NCBI GenBank assembly: GCA_003971905.1
Contig: RSEE01000001.1
Coordinates: forward strand, 1,488,001-1,552,000
DNA: 64,000 bases
Direction of reading: 5' to 3'
Source: Moniliella sp. 'wahieum'
Lineage: Eukaryota
Positions within the stretch are counted from its first letter, which is position 1. Every line of letters begins with the position of its first letter. Shown here piece after piece: positions 12,690 to 26,832 of the stretch. The notes under the pieces are model-generated. The model was not told where the DNA came from. It made no database searches and saw only the letters and a list, made by a program, of their open reading frames with translations. A program made the translations under genes and the position numbers.

Positions 12690-15020
12690 ATCGCCCGCCA
12701 CCGGCCACCGGCCACCAGCGGCCACCATGCACCATGCAATATGCACCCCCCCATTCCGCCCAGCAGTTCCTGGCGCCTCCAGCTGCAACTTTCAATTTTC
12801 GCCCCTAAACGTCTAAACGTTAAACCACGCTTGCAGCGCCCGCTTCTGCGCGCCGCGCACATTGCTCTACCACGCGCTGCGCGCCTCGCGCCCATTCCTG
12901 CCCATCGGCCACCCCCTTCCACCCGTTGTAGATGCCTCAGGCCTCACATCTCACATCCCACGCACTCAGACTCAGTACTCAGTGTTGAATAGGAACACTC
13001 GCCACTCGCTTCCAGCTTCACGCGGCACTACTAGTCATCAGTGCGTCAGCACGTCAGCGCGTCAGCGCTCGCCAAGCCACGAGCCCAGCCAACCCAAACA
13101 GATCGCCCAGTCTAATACTTGGTACTTGCCTCGGGCCTTACCTGTTGCCCGTCGCCTCAAATGGTAAACAGGTTGCTCTGGGCAACACCGGGCCACACTC
13201 CTATAACCTTTCCGCATACTCAGTACTCATTGGTCTACATACTCTGGTCGTTGAGTAACTGAGTACATATAACAAGCTTGAAGCTTGAAGCTAGGACCTT
13301 GTAACAGAATAGCCAAGTAATACATGTGCCTGACAACCGAGCACCCTTGTAATTGTCTGGCGTTTCTCTCCACCGGCCACCGGCCACCGACCCATGCGGC
13401 ATCCTCGGAATGGCACGGACCTATCACAAATGCATGCACGGTTCCCTCAGTACCCTACGAGAGTGGCAATAGCTTATTCCTACTATCAGCCACTCCATTT
13501 GCAACTACTATGACTGTTGGACGTTAGCTCTTGTCTTCTGGGTGTTGTCCACGGCCGACGTGCGGGATGTTTTAGCGCGTATAAGGCCTACGGCTTCTAA
13601 AAAAGATGACACCAATTTTCCCGGATGATATGTTCTTTTTTTTGACCGTGACCGGGACCCTACGCTGCTGCTTCATCTTTCCCCTCATGCACATGCACCT
13701 CATGCAGCATGCAGCATGTCCGTGATAGTATAGAGAGAGGGTATCACGCCTTCGGCAAAACCAGTCAAAGCCACATGGAATCGATTCCCATTGTAATCAT
13801 TCCTGTCCTGTGCGTCGGGGGTGCGGAAGGGTATGGCAAGAACCTATCGTACCTAGTATCTCACACACGTTTTCGAGAGGAAGTTCTGGGGCCGTGCGCT
13901 TGGAAGCGTTTGAAGCTTCGAAGTGGGAGACCGTAGATCCGAGAAAAGCTTGAAACGTGTTTTGCAGACTGCCAAGAACTGTGGGCTTTCCTGGGTCGCG
14001 GAGCTGAGCGACTGTAAACGCTAAGCGAGCGCTGACTGATCCCAGAGCTTGAGCCCACAAGGTCATTATAAGCCTGGAGAAAGCGCTCTCGCTCTGTGCG
14101 CTGAGGCTCAGCGCTAACGTACTTTCAGTAGACCCAGTGCTCGTACTCATGTACTTGATGTTCTGGTGCATCATGCGTCATGCATCATGCATCATGTATC
14201 ATGCACGCTGCGCTCAGCGCGCCCATCCCGGGTAATACGTACCGTGCTGAAACCGAGCAGCCAGACAATTTTTTGCCACCCGAACGCTCCGGCCTGCGCG
14301 CGAAGACAGCCCAGGCTTATTACGCACAGGGCCGACGCAGCCAGCCTCAGCCATCCCGCCACCGCTTTCCCACGGTGGGGTCTCTCCGAATACGGCATTG
14401 GATGTTGAGTACGTTGAGTACGTTGACCGTTGCACGTACGTTGAGTACTGAGTATGTGAGCGCGTGAGCGCTTGAGTAGTACATTGAGTTCCGAGGCAGT
14501 AACACTATATTCACTAGCTATTCACTAGTCACTAGTCACGCGTCACGCGTCATATTCATATGCGATGTGGTACGTCACGTGTATAGGTCCTTGAAGCTCT
14601 TGAAGCTTAAGCTGGATCTGTGTGGGTGGGTACTTGGTTGACACTTTGGGTGCAGTCAGTCGGTCACCGGTTAGTACTCAGTCTCAGATCACAGTGTACA
14701 CTCAGTACTCAGTACTCAGTCTGGGTTCTCATCGATTTCATGTGCTGCTGTGTATGTACAAAAGCAAGTACGTACGAGCTAATCCCCACACCAAGCTGTC
14801 GTCTGTCGCATGTCGCATGGCACATTTCACGTGGGTCGTCACTGGGTCAGTCGCCGGTCAGGCGGCCAGGCCGTCGTAAGTATCTGACTGATAGGAAGGA
14901 CCATCTTCAAGAGCTTCAAGCTTCAAGCTTCAAACTTGACACCCTCGAGCCCTCAGGGCCTCAGGGTCTCCCGGCATCGGAGCTTCAAGTGAGAAGCTGA
15001 AGCGTCAAGCTCTTCAAAAC
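12690..15020. repeat. Dense intergenic cluster of short palindrome-heptamer arrays
   Basis: ccaccgg, tcaggcc, tcagtac, tgaagct, tcatgca, tcactag, tcacgcg and tcaagct units in tandem, interspersed with unique DNA. Confidence 0.85.
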
Positions 15021-15331
15021 TGGGAGGCACTGACCGTACTGACTAGGCAAGTGACTCATCTATGCAGACCCTGCGAAAATGCAGAGTAGGAGCACCAAGT
15101 GGCTGCCATGTGATGCATATGGCAACCAATACTGCCCTTTTGGATACGTTCACACCACTGCACTCGGCTGTCACAGCTTCCGAGTGGGACACTCTGATAA
15201 ATAACAGCATTTGCACGACTTGGGCAGAGACAAAAAGGAAACGCTGGTGTGCACAGCGCCTATCGGGCTGCCGGCTCTTCGCTCCGAGATAGGCAGCGGG
15301 CATGCTGCATGCTCGTAACAACCCCCAATTA

Positions 15332-16657
15332 TTAGGGAAGCAAGGACGTAGCCAGTCGGTCGGGGCGGGCTACCTCCCACCATTCGCTTCCAAACGGGAT
15401 GTAGCGCAAGTGGATCTGAAAGAGCGTGGTAGAGACAGGAGCCATCTTTAATGAGACTCTTTTCGGTATAAGTTCTTTCCAGCGCAGAAGCTTCTTGTTG
15501 GCTGCCATCGTAGCATCATTGCGGTATACCCACGTGTCGTCGGGACCGTCGCGGAGGGCCCGGGACAATCTGTCGTTTGGGTTCGTCATTGATACTTAGC
15601 TTCCTTCGCATTCCGCCTGCTTCAGCCGTCGAAGCCACTTCTCTCGGCAGTCCACAGGCGTAGCAGTCTCCTGATTATATGCAGCACTACGTACGAAGAG
15701 TACGCGACCTTGGCCTCATTTGTACCCAAACCCCTCTCTTCTGCGTTCGACTGCCTTCCATCTGCGATTTGATACCAATGAGGTCCAAAGCAAATCGCGA
15801 AACGGATATTGAGAGCAAGACGTCAGATAATCGAGATAGAGATAGATTCCTAGTGAGCGAAAATAGAGAGTAGTGGGAAGGGAGGAGGAGGTAAGGGAGT
15901 GAGAACAGAGGGGAGAGGTAAGTATCACACCCGGGGGTCTAAAAAAAGAGGGGGGGTCAGGTGTGCCAACCTTCCGCCTACGGGCGAAACAAGTAAGCAT
16001 TATCCTAGCAACTTGAGAGAAGTGTCAGGGAGCGCCAGAGTGTGCGGCTATGCTCTTGGTACACTGCAGTAATATGTGTCCAAGCAATCCTCCAAACGTT
16101 CCAGGTCCCCTCACTCCATAGTCCGTGCGCCGGACACACTCGGTAAAATATAATGCCTTCTCCTTTCGCAATACACAGGTCACGGGGACCGTGTCGAGTC
16201 TGAGAGGGTCTGATCGGAGCTGCGGCCTTCCTGCTCTACCTATACCCAGTAGAGCGCGCTCTCACATCCCAAGTCCAAAACCAAGGGTTACCAAGTCCAA
16301 AACCAAGGGTGGCCGTTGTTGGTCAAACCATACACGGTGGACCGATGAGTGGCCACGCATCTGCGCGACAATTAAAGTCGCCTTGGGCTCAAGTTGAAGT
16401 GGAACACTGAGAGCAGGTGGACGGGAGCTGAAAGGCGATGCCAGATGACAGGAGGCAACTACGTGGAGAAGAGGGTGCCTGTACTGGGTCAATTGGCTGG
16501 AAATGGGCAGACAGTGAACGGGAGAGGCGACGGAAGAGGCAACGGAAGGGGCGACGGAAGAGGCAACGGAAGGGGCGACGGAAGAGGCGACGGAAGAGGA
16601 CGAAAATGGAAGAAGGTGAGGAAAGATCTCCGCCTATACGAGATGGATACAGGCCAT
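15332..16657 (-). CDS. Orphan family copy A (hypothetical, probably spliced)
   Basis: GTNEAKVAY, PVDCREKWLRRLKQAECE, RWKEL, STTLFQIH..G..W..PDRLATSLLP* align with copies B and C; TATAAA near 16695; start tentative. Confidence 0.6.
16526..16600. repeat. 12-bp minisatellite (GGCRACGGAAGR) x6
   Basis: Alternating ggcgacggaaga / ggcaacggaagg units. Confidence 0.9.
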
Positions 16658-16759
16658 TGTAAAAGGGAAAACAGACGCAATAGGGAAGAGGTTTATAAAG
16701 GAAGACAGGAAGACTTTCAAACTGGGGTTTGGTTGCCACAGGTGCAACAGAGAAAGATA

Positions 16760-17950
16760 GATGGAAGCGGCGACGTGGCGGCAATTGTCGCAAGGATACC
16801 CACGACTTTGGTGGCCTCCTATTGGGGCCACCGACTTTATCAGTCAAGTCGCGTGCGCCCACCGTTGGCCACATGGAGTTCAATCCCACCAGTCTTATCG
16901 CGTGGGTTCTCTTCCAGCCACAGGCTACGTCCCGCCCCTGTCCAGTCTTAGCTTTGGCAGTGATTGTTCTCCCGCTGCCTCTCTCATCTCTAAGTCCTAA
17001 TAGATGAGGCTTCAGACAGGCTGAACTATTCCTGACCCCAAGGCGGGCACTCGCAGCCTTGCCCTTCCTGCAGCCGCCTCTGCAATATGCCCAGAGGCCA
17101 CTCCTTGTCCCTGGCTCCGCTCGCACCCGCCCACCAGGTCAAGCACGTAACTACCGTGAGTCGTCCTTCCGTTCTCTACGAAATAGCACTCTACCAACTT
17201 GGTGAGCCCTCTGTGGCCGGGACAGCCCGTGATAGTAAGGATATACATTCTGTAAAAGACCAGTGGGAAAGCCTGGTGCATCGGGCGGATAACCTCCGTG
17301 GGAAAGTGAAAGACGATGATGATGCTTGAGGCACACCTGGTCGTCCTCACAGGCTGTAAGATCTCACATCACGCGCCTGAAAGAAACGGAGGGGCGACAG
17401 GGCCCAAGGATTGAAGTTCCTTCTTGCTTCACGAAGGAGGCTGAATGTCGCAACGCATCTGATTCGACATCCGTCTACGAAACTAATCCTACTACTAACA
17501 CGCCTTCCATGATGCGTTCAACCTCCCGACGAAGATATTCGAGCTTGGGAGTATATACTTTCCCCAATGGTGGGGTAACTGCGAAACATTTGCTATAGTC
17601 GGTGTTTGCTGCGAAGCGCATGAACGCTTATGTATGCTCCACGTGCTCTCCCGTGTTCACCTATGCGCTGCATCTCTCCGATTTGGAAAGCACACAGTGG
17701 ACCGGACGAGTTACATCAGCCCCGAGAGTTCCCTAAGAAAGAAAGATGCCGCCGACGCTGAGATGGACACCTTTTGTTGCTTGACTCGCTCGTCCGTCTC
17801 TGCATGGTACGCTGATTGGGCTCGTGCCGTTTCGTTGCCGCATGCGTCGAGAGACGCCAGCAATGTATATCCAACAGGCGCGGTGGTTGATGCGGGTGCG
17901 GATGATGTGGAGCGTGTGCGGGATGTTCGATTGGGGCCGCTGAGCGCCTG
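16760..17950 (-). CDS. Orphan family copy D (hypothetical, fragmented)
   Basis: Three identical colinear 12-mers shared with 56515-56602; tail ggccaccaaag..gtatccttgcga resembles copy C gaccaccggag..atatcctggcga; boundaries approximate. Confidence 0.5.
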
Positions 17951-18259
17951 AGTAGTCACCGGTCACCCCACCAGAGTCAGTAGTCACCCGACCAGGCGGC
18001 GTCACCTGCCCATTTCAAAAGCTGCGTGCCCCAGGGGCTGGGGTCGAGGCACGGGGGCAGTGCGGCGCGCGCGCGCGACGCGGGCAGCGACACTGGCGGC
18101 GCGCACCGCGGGCGAGACAGGTCACGTGGGCGCCAGCAGCCGCAGCCCGCGCCGGCCGCTGGCCATCGCCTGGGCTCCAGCGGTGGGGCACGCCGAGCGC
18201 CGAGCTGGCCGGCGCCGACGCTGCTCCCAGCATCCACCCCGTCTGCCACGGCGATCGCC

Positions 18260-21200
18260 ATGGCGACCACAACCGCGCCCGTGATGGCTGCGGGCCCGTC
18301 CGCCCTGGACGCCGGCATGCTTGTCCCAGCCGCCGCCGACGCCCAGGCACTGGCCCAGTGGCGCCGGGCGCTCTCCCTGGCCTACTCCCATGCTGCCCTC
18401 CTCACCCCCGACGTGCGCTGGGACGTCGAAGCCACCGCGGCCGGTGCGCCGACCACGTGTATCTACGCACACAAGGGTACGTGCCTCGTGTCCTGCCGTG
18501 CTGGCCATCCTCATGTTGTATGCCTGCCTCTGACCCGCCCTTCCCTCTGCCTGTCCAGCCCTGCTGTATGCGCGTGCCCACCTGCGTTCCATGCGCGCTA
18601 CCTCGCCGGCCCCGATGCTGGCGAGGGTGCTCACGGTCGTTCGCGTGCCGAGAGTGTATCGACTGTCCGTTCCGCCGAGTCTGCTGCCACGACAATCGGC
18701 CCTTCCTCATCCAGTGCCGCGCGAAGCAACGGTGCGAGCCGACCCCTGCATCATCATGCTCCTAGTGCTTGGAGCGGCCTCCGTGCTGCGATTGCCCATC
18801 CATCCACCTTGCACGCCCGCGAGCCTTCGATCGCATCGCCCTCCAAGATCGATGTGCTGACAGGCTTGCGTGGTGGCTCCCTCCAGATATCAGCCCCCAT
18901 CCCCTCCGACCCTGCACCTGATGCAGCCTCAGTCACGACTCTTCTGCCACCTCCCGCATCCAGGACGATGGACGTGCGTGGACCTATCTCTCTGGCTGAA
19001 GGGAGCGCACTTCAGGCAGCACTCGAACAACTGTATACAGGTCATTCTTCCCTAGGTGCCGAGGCTTTTGCTTTTCTCTACGAAGGCCAGTCGGCCGAAG
19101 AGGCAGCAACCCGGCTGAAGCAACGCTCAAGCTCCAGGACGATCTGATGTACATGTGGCGTAGTGGGCTGTTTGCCGATGTGCGCATCCGGGTTTTTCCT
19201 TCTTCCAAGCCCCGCCCCGACTCGGCACCACCTTCAAGACCGCGCTCAGCTCTGCGGGAGATGCACATGGCAGCCAGCAATCGCAGCCGTCAGAGTCTGG
19301 CCACAATGCGCTCTGCCATTGATGGTGGAGACGACCAGAGTATACTCAGCCTCGATCTCGAGTCAGATGCTGATTCCCACTGGATTTGGATCTTGAGTTT
19401 GACGACGATGACCTTGGGATGGACGAGCAGGATGGCATCATTTTTACCGCGCATTCTTTCCTCCTTTCCGCCAGGAGCTCATGGTTCGCCTCGGCCCTCA
19501 AGCATGCACGGCGAAACCAGCCGACAGGACCTCTTGAGCTGGTTTATCTGGACCAGAATTTACGCGAGCCAGCGTTCATTTGGCCATTGCATTTCTCTAC
19601 TCAGGCAGCGTCCGTTTCAGTCTTGGTGGTGGAGGCGCTTCCAATAAGGATGCCCTTTCTCCTTCGGTCGCCCATGCGCCCACAATTGCCGCCTTGTTGC
19701 GACTCAACACACGCGCCTTGGCGGATGCGCTTGCTACCGGCGAGTCTCTCCGGCTTCCTGAACTGAGCGCGTGCGTCGCCTCGGCTTTGGCCGTGCGAGC
19801 GGGGGAGTTTAACTTACGTCGGTCCTCAGCCCCCTCATTTGCAGGGGGGTGGGGAAGAGTGCGCGTGTGCCCCAGGCGCGCCCTGCGAAAAGTGCCTAAC
19901 CAAAGTTACGCGGATCATCCGCGTCGCCTTTCAACCCGCCACGCGCGCTCTTGCGCTTCCCTCTACCCCATCCCCTCCTTTCTCTTCTGCTGCTGCAGAG
20001 AACGCTTTGGCCTCCACTGCAGCTAGATTGCACTTGCGTGCTCGCGCCTCCCAACTCCTCTCGGATCCGGAGTACATTGCTGCCCTTTGGCCTACACGTT
20101 GCACAGGACGTCTCCCGGCGACGACACGCAAGGAACTTGCAGCAAAAGTGTTTGCCCAGGTCCAGGCTCTCTCTCAAGAGGAGGACGGAAGAAGCAGGAG
20201 AACGGGCGGCATATGCACTCCTCCTCGCAGCGCAAAATGTTCAACGGGCAATGAAGGTGCTCGCCTCTGTTGCTGCAACGTCGGGAAAGGGTGCCTCGGC
20301 CCTCCAACAGGTGCAATGCTTACTTCCCACTCTCTCCGCTGGGTTGCCCGTGTACGCCAACTATGCGCCACGGTCGCTCAGGACCTAGGGGGGTTCCTCG
20401 TACAACGTCCCTCGGCGTTGGATGCCTTGTTGCGTTCGCGGGCCTGGCGAACGCTGGTAGCAATTTCCGGCTCTCGCTCTTCTAGCGAAACAGCCTCGCG
20501 TTCTTACTTGGCGCTAACCCAAGACCAGCAGGCGCGTTGGAGGTCATTCGTGTTGTCATGCAGCGTGTTTTGGCTGTGCTCGGCATTGCTTCTCCCAATG
20601 AGCGGATCAGCAAGACCGATCCCACTGCTGCCCCTGCAGTGTATGAAGTCTTAGTTGGGGAAGGGCTTCTTGGTGCAGGATGTGTCCCGCTTGTCCTAGG
20701 GTCGAACGGCGAGGATGAGCCGGTACCCGCTGTACAGGCCGAGATGCAGCGTGCTATTGGAGAAATCAACCAGATGCTCAAGGCACAGTGGACCTTCTTA
20801 CGTACCAAGGGGGCGTTTGATTCCATTAAGCGATGGACTCGGGACGAAATTGCCGTTGCGATCAGTGTTCAGCCAGATGCCTTGCTTTCTCCGCCATCTG
20901 CTGTTGCGAAGGAGACTGAGGGCACAGAGGATGGGAAACCGTCCTTCTCGCCCTCCCCCTTGGCACGGGAGGTGACGGTAAGTGACACAGAGTCCGACAG
21001 TGCTTCTTCCCCTGCACCCCCCGATGGTTCACCCAAACAAGCGACGAGGAGGAAGACGTTCGTCCAGCAGGGCCTATCAATCTCCGTGCCCAAGCGATTA
21101 ACCGCGCCGCCGCCCGGGCCATGTCAGCTACGGACCAAGCCGATCCCGCGTCGTTCCCACCCATAATTGCTATCACTCCCCCCGACGTGGGGAGAAAAAC

Positions 21201-24200
21201 TTCTCCTGCCCCGGCGACCGCAACCCTCCCAGCAGAGGAGCAAGATACAGTTCCTGTTGCACAGCCTGCCCCCCCGCGGTCTCTACCTTGGAGCTGGATG
21301 CATCTCCTGCTCCACCTCCTGCCCTAGCGACTGCAACCGACCTCCCAGCTGAGAAGCAAGACCCAGTTCCTGTTGCGCAGCCTGCTCCCCCCGCGGTCTC
21401 CACCTTGGAGCTGGATGCATCTCCTGCTCCTCCTGACCCAGCCCCAGCTGAGTCACAGCCACTTCCTACTACTGTTTCTACGACGAACCTCATGCGGGAG
21501 AGACGGAGAGTGCCGATTCGCACGACATCCATTGGGTTGATGCGCAGAGGACCCCCATTCGGAAACCGAAGAGGAAGACTTTCCTCTTCGACTTCCATCT
21601 GCTCCGCCCGTGGCTGTGGCGAAAGCTGTGGCGAAAGCTGTTGCGAAAGACGAGTCGAGTTCCGGGCCCCATGATGTGCCGATTCCGTCACATTCATCTG
21701 GGACTCAACCGGTTCAGGCGGTCGAGCCGATATGCGACTCGGGGCCGAGCCAGATCCAGTTCGCGCGCCAGATCCAATCCCCGAGCCAGATCCACTTCCC
21801 GACCCAGGTCCAGCTCCCGAGCAAGATCCGGTTCCCGAACAAGATCCAGCTCCCGAGCCACACCGACTTCTCGAGTCAGATCCAGCTCCCGCGTCAGATC
21901 CAGCCCCAGAGCGAGATCCAGCTCCCGAGCGAGATCCTGTTCCTGAGCCAGATCCAGTTCTCAAGCAAGATTCAGCTCCCGCGTCACATCCAGTTCGCGA
22001 ACCAGAGCCAGCTCCCGCGCCAGCTCCCGAGTCAGATCCAGTTCTCGGGCGAGACCCAGCTCTCGAACCAGATCCAGTTCCCGAGCCAGCTTCGCCTCAG
22101 ACACCATCGATGGAGGTGCACTCGAAGGAGGCGCGCCCGAAGGAGGTGGACTCGAAAGAGGTGGACTCGAAGTCCCCGGCCCCACCATCCAAGGACGCTA
22201 CCCGCAAGGCCCCGATGACACTGTCTCCCACCAGCATTGGGTCTCCGTCTTCCCCTTCCCGTGGGGTACCAGGGAAGCCGATCCGAGTAAGGGTCCTGTC
22301 CCAAGGCGCTCGAGTCCCTCCTGGGTCCCCATCGCGCCAACTCCGGCCTGTGTCGACACATGGTGCGCCTCCCAGCTCACCGACGAGCTCTCGTACATCT
22401 ACGACAGCCCTCCGCCCGACACATAGTGCACTTTCCAGCTCGCCGTCGAGCCCTCGTACATCTACGGCAGGACACCGCCCGATACATGGTGGGCTTCCCA
22501 GTTCACCGCCGAGCCCTCGCGCATCTACGGCAGCCCTCCGCCCTGGCCCACGGACGTCGAGTTTGAGTACATCCAGGACGCGCGCCACCTCAGGCGCTGA
22601 GCGCCCCTCATCCGCCTTAAGCGCGCGGGGACCACCGAAACCTACGTCTCTGCAGACCAAGACGGCCAGACCATCCACGGCGACTAGCCGCACTCCTCGG
22701 CCGAGCCCCCCTACTCCGACCCGTCCACTGCCCAGCCCCGATGCTCGACCCATCCGTACCTCCCTTAGCCGGGCCCCGAGCCGTTCCCCTCAAGCTACAA
22801 GCCCCGCCACGCCTACGGCCTCTGGTCCAGCGTCACGGACCCGCCTGACGCCCAGTCCCTCACCTGGCACGACGCGGCCTAAGTCTGCTACAACGCTGAG
22901 GTCCAAACCTGCTTCCCCACCCACCATGACCAAGCCACTTCCCACACTCGCTTCGGTATGTTTCCTTCCCCTTTTTTCATCTGCCCACTGACCCGTTTCA
23001 GCCCCCGCGCATTCGAACCAACAGTACCGTCTCTCGTACCGAAAGGGAGAAGGCTGTTCCGTCTCGCCTAAGCCGTGTAAGCTTGCCGAAGGAAGCACCG
23101 AAGGACCGCTTGCCTGTGCGTCCTCCTCCCTCGCCCGCACGTGCACGCACTCTCTCTGCTGCCACCCCATCTTCTCGCACCCTCTCGCGTGGAGGGGTCC
23201 CCCTCCCCCACTCCAGGGGGCAAAAGTTCTCCTGTACCACCCGGAAAGATTGCTGTTCGGCGCCTCGTACCTGCCCGTCGGGGTACAGAAGGGAGAAGAG
23301 TGTGGCCATTCAATCCCCTCCTCATCCTCATCCTAGGCGCTCTGAGCCAAGCGGTGCAACCACTCCCCTTGTTGCCCCTCTTGCTGTTGATGACAAGGCT
23401 GTGCCTGCTCCTTCCTTGCCTTCTGTACCGCCTCCTACCGAGGTCGCATCGTCCTCGACTGCGATGACGCCGCCTACTGCTAATGCGGATTCCGGGTCCG
23501 ACGCGCTTGCCAACCCCGAACCCGAAATCACACGTACGATGGATACGCCGGCATCGATACCGGCGACACCCGTTACGATTGAAGAGCCATCTGTCGTCGA
23601 TTCCTCGCTTGAGACGACGCCTCAACACACGCCAACCCAGGTCGAACATCCCATCTCGCCTCCTCATGCGCTTGATACAATGCCCGAACCCACGCCCAAG
23701 CCCGAGCTTAAGATCGAGACCGAGTCCAAGCCCGACACGGAGCCTGAGCTCAAGATCGATACCGAGCTCAAGCCCGACACCGAGCTCAAGACCGAGCCCG
23801 AGCACATGCCCACTCTTCCCTCAACTCCTGCTCTGGAGCCCTCTGTTGAGCCAAAGCCAGAGCCAGAGCCTGAGTCAGAGCCTGAGCCAGAGCCTGAGCC
23901 AGAGCCTGAGCCAGAGCCAGAGCTAGAGCCAGAGCCAGAGCCAGAGACCGAGTCCAAACTCAGTATTCCCTCAGTTCCTGCTCTGGAGCCCGCTGTTGAG
24001 CCAGAGACAAAGCCAGAGCCCGAGACCGAGGCCGAGCCCACACCCGAGACCGAGCTCAAGACCGAGACCGAGCCCAAGCACACTATTCCCCCACCTGCTG
24101 TGGAGCCCGCTGTTGATCCAGAGCCCGAGTCAGAGCCAGATCCAGAGCCCACGCCCGAGACCGAGCCCAAGCCCACTATTCCCTTAGCTTTGCTCTGGAG

Positions 24201-25756
24201 CCCGCCGCTGAGCCAATGCCAGAGCCAAAGCCAGAGCCAGAGTCCAAGCCCAAGTCTGACACCGAGCCCCAACCCACTATTCCCTCAGCTCCTGCTTTGG
24301 AGCCCGCTGTTGAGCCAGAAGCACAGCCAAAGCCAGAGGCAGAGGCAGAGCCAAGAGCCAGGGAACCCGAGCCAGCGCCGGGGCCGGCGCCAGCGATGGA
24401 TCTGAGCTCAAATCTCGCTATGCTTCCCAAGCCCGAAATGGGGAGTGAGGATCTCGAACCCTCCGACTCGGCCACGATGACGACCGCGGATGCGAGTGCT
24501 AGTGAGGTGGAGGCAGATGCCCACGGAGCTGCGATCGTTAGTAGCACCTCCGGTGATACCATCCGTCCCCAACATCGGATGGAGGAAGAACCTCCGGTGC
24601 CGCCGGTGCCTGTGGTGCAAATGCCGCTGCCGTCTCACCAGCGGGACACGGGGACGGGCATTGAAGTTGGTGGTCCCGACCCGAGCGACTCAAGTGTTTC
24701 GATCCTTACTCCCTCCCCCTCTTGGCCGAACGACTCGATTGCCTCGGTCGACACGAGCGTGTCTGCATCCCGGCCTACGTCAGCAGCCACCGATCCGCAT
24801 GGAAAGTTGCCCACCATTGAGGCCGAGTCGGTCGACGAAATGGCGGAACCAACGCGGTTGAGCCAAGGCATCTCGTGTGTGATCGCACCGAAGATCGGTC
24901 GCTTCCGTGCGTTGATCAAGTACATTGGTCCTGTCCCCGGTCGCCAGGGGGTCTGGGTCGGGGTCGAAATCCCTTCCCCCTTTCCCAGGGCGCTGGAGGC
25001 GCTCCCCTTGGCCCGCACTATTCGAGAAACGAGCATGCAGCTGGACCGGGACGGAGCGATTCGAACCGATGGCTCCATTGAAGGCCACCACTTCTTCTCC
25101 CTCGGAGACCGCGCGACGGGAACAAGCCAGTGGCTCTCTCCCTTTGGCTCGCCTATGGTTGATCGTGCTCGCAGCCGCTCAAGCACAGGTGGTATGCCCC
25201 ATCCTTCGTCCATGACCCATTTCCTCGCTGGAGTGGCGGCAGTACTTCCACCATCCGTGGCCGCCGATCTCAGCCCTGGCGACCCGCGTCCTCGCCCGCC
25301 CTTGCCCTCCGCATGGACCTCTCGCCCGGGGGAGCAGGACGAGACACTACCGCAGTCGCAGTCGCACACACACACGATGAATCTACGTGGCATCCCCACC
25401 TCGGCAACCGTGCAGCATCGCCAGGCACGTTGGGCCCGCGTCCAGCGTCTCCTCACCCTATCTGGGGGTAGCGTGTGGGATGGGCCGCCCCCGACAGGCT
25501 GGCCAGCCTTGATCCTGGGCGCTCCTCCCCCCATACTCGTGCCACTTCGCCTCTCCACCCCTTGGGTCGGGCAGGCGGACGGAGGTGGTCGGGTGCATCG
25601 TCGGGCCCAGGCACGCGTTCCTTGACCGATTCGCCACCTCTTTCGTTCCGCAGCACTTCCCCCTGTCGGTCATGGTGCCGCAGGGACAGCACAAAATCCG
25701 TCGGTCTTTTCATCCGTCCCCGGGACGACGTGCTCGTTGTGGTTGGGCCGGATTGA
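18260..25756 (+). CDS. Large BTB-like + C-terminal CAP-Gly protein with long Pro/Glu/Ser repeat linker
   Basis: [40 protein letters not shown] (BTB-like); [39 protein letters not shown] (CAP-Gly-like); many indels, probable introns near 18477 and 22955. Confidence 0.75.
21745..22090 (+). repeat. 18-bp coding minisatellite (EPDPAP/EPDPVP)
   Basis: gagccagatccagytccc-type units, about 19 copies. Confidence 0.9.
23680..24370 (+). repeat. Coding (PE)n repeats with higher-order PALEPAVEP units
   Basis: gagcca runs; ctctggagcccgctgttgagcca block recurs about 5 times. Confidence 0.9.
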
Positions 25757-26832
25757 TCCCTTTGGCGAGTGGACTGCGTTGGAGGACCAGACAAGTCGGT
25801 GGGGAGTAGCCAACCTATTGAACAGTAATCTCTCCCTTCTCTTCTGCTTGCGGTTTTTGTGAGGGCGCCAGGGCCAGTGGCTTAGTGCGTGGGACCAGTC
25901 TTGATAGTGGATGCCATAGTTGACTCGGCCTGTTAGGAATGCACCCGCAATGGAGGTCAGTGAGGATGACTTCGACCGATAAGCCTATTACTGTTGGCCT
26001 CTTTGAATCGTTGTCCGGGCCGGAAGCTGATGGTGGATTGTTGCAACCAAAAAAACTCACTGTCTCTCCATGCCAACCCTAACCCTAAAGTATCACGTTG
26101 CTGCCGATTGAGACGGCATCGATTCCACGGTCTCGTCCCATGCGAGGAAGACACGCAGCCGAGAGCCTCGTCAGGCCTCAGGCGTCCTCTTTAGGCTCCA
26201 AGCCATGGCAGCCCACGGCATGGCCCGCCTGGCAAGGAGACGGGCTTTAAAATTTACCCCGGCTGCAGTTGGCCTGCGTCATGCATCATACATCACCTCT
26301 TGCCTCGTCATCCAGCACGGGGGCAGTATGGTCCATATATCATGGCGCAAGGTTTCTGGCATGATGGGCATCCCAGGCCCAGCTTGTTGCACAGTCCTTC
26401 CGGTGTTCTCCCTTTTCTGGAGGGATGGAATATTTTCTAAGCTCGTGTGTACAACCCAGCTATACCTGATCAAAACGCCTGTTGCTCTGCGGTTTCCACC
26501 CTCCAAGATAGCCGGGTGCCGACTGTGGGCCAGCCATTGAAGGAAAAACATATAATACGACGCCCTCCACAGGGGGATTATGCGACCCAGCAAAGCGTCG
26601 TTTGAAAGGAAACGGAAAACACCTTTACGCTGCCCTCCGTCGCGTTCTGGTCCACTCGTGTGGAATGAAAAAAACCTGTTCCAAAGATGCGCAGGCGAAC
26701 GGCTCTAATATATACGTTGCAGTGGGCGCAATATTGCGTCCATTCGCTTTTCACAGATCCCCAACCCCAAATCCCCTACCGTACCTTCGTTGGTTCTGTC
26801 GTGTTGCCTGAGGCGGCAACGTGACCAAAAGA

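Noticed and set aside
26075..26088. Interstitial telomere (CCCTAA)2
   Set aside because: Only two units
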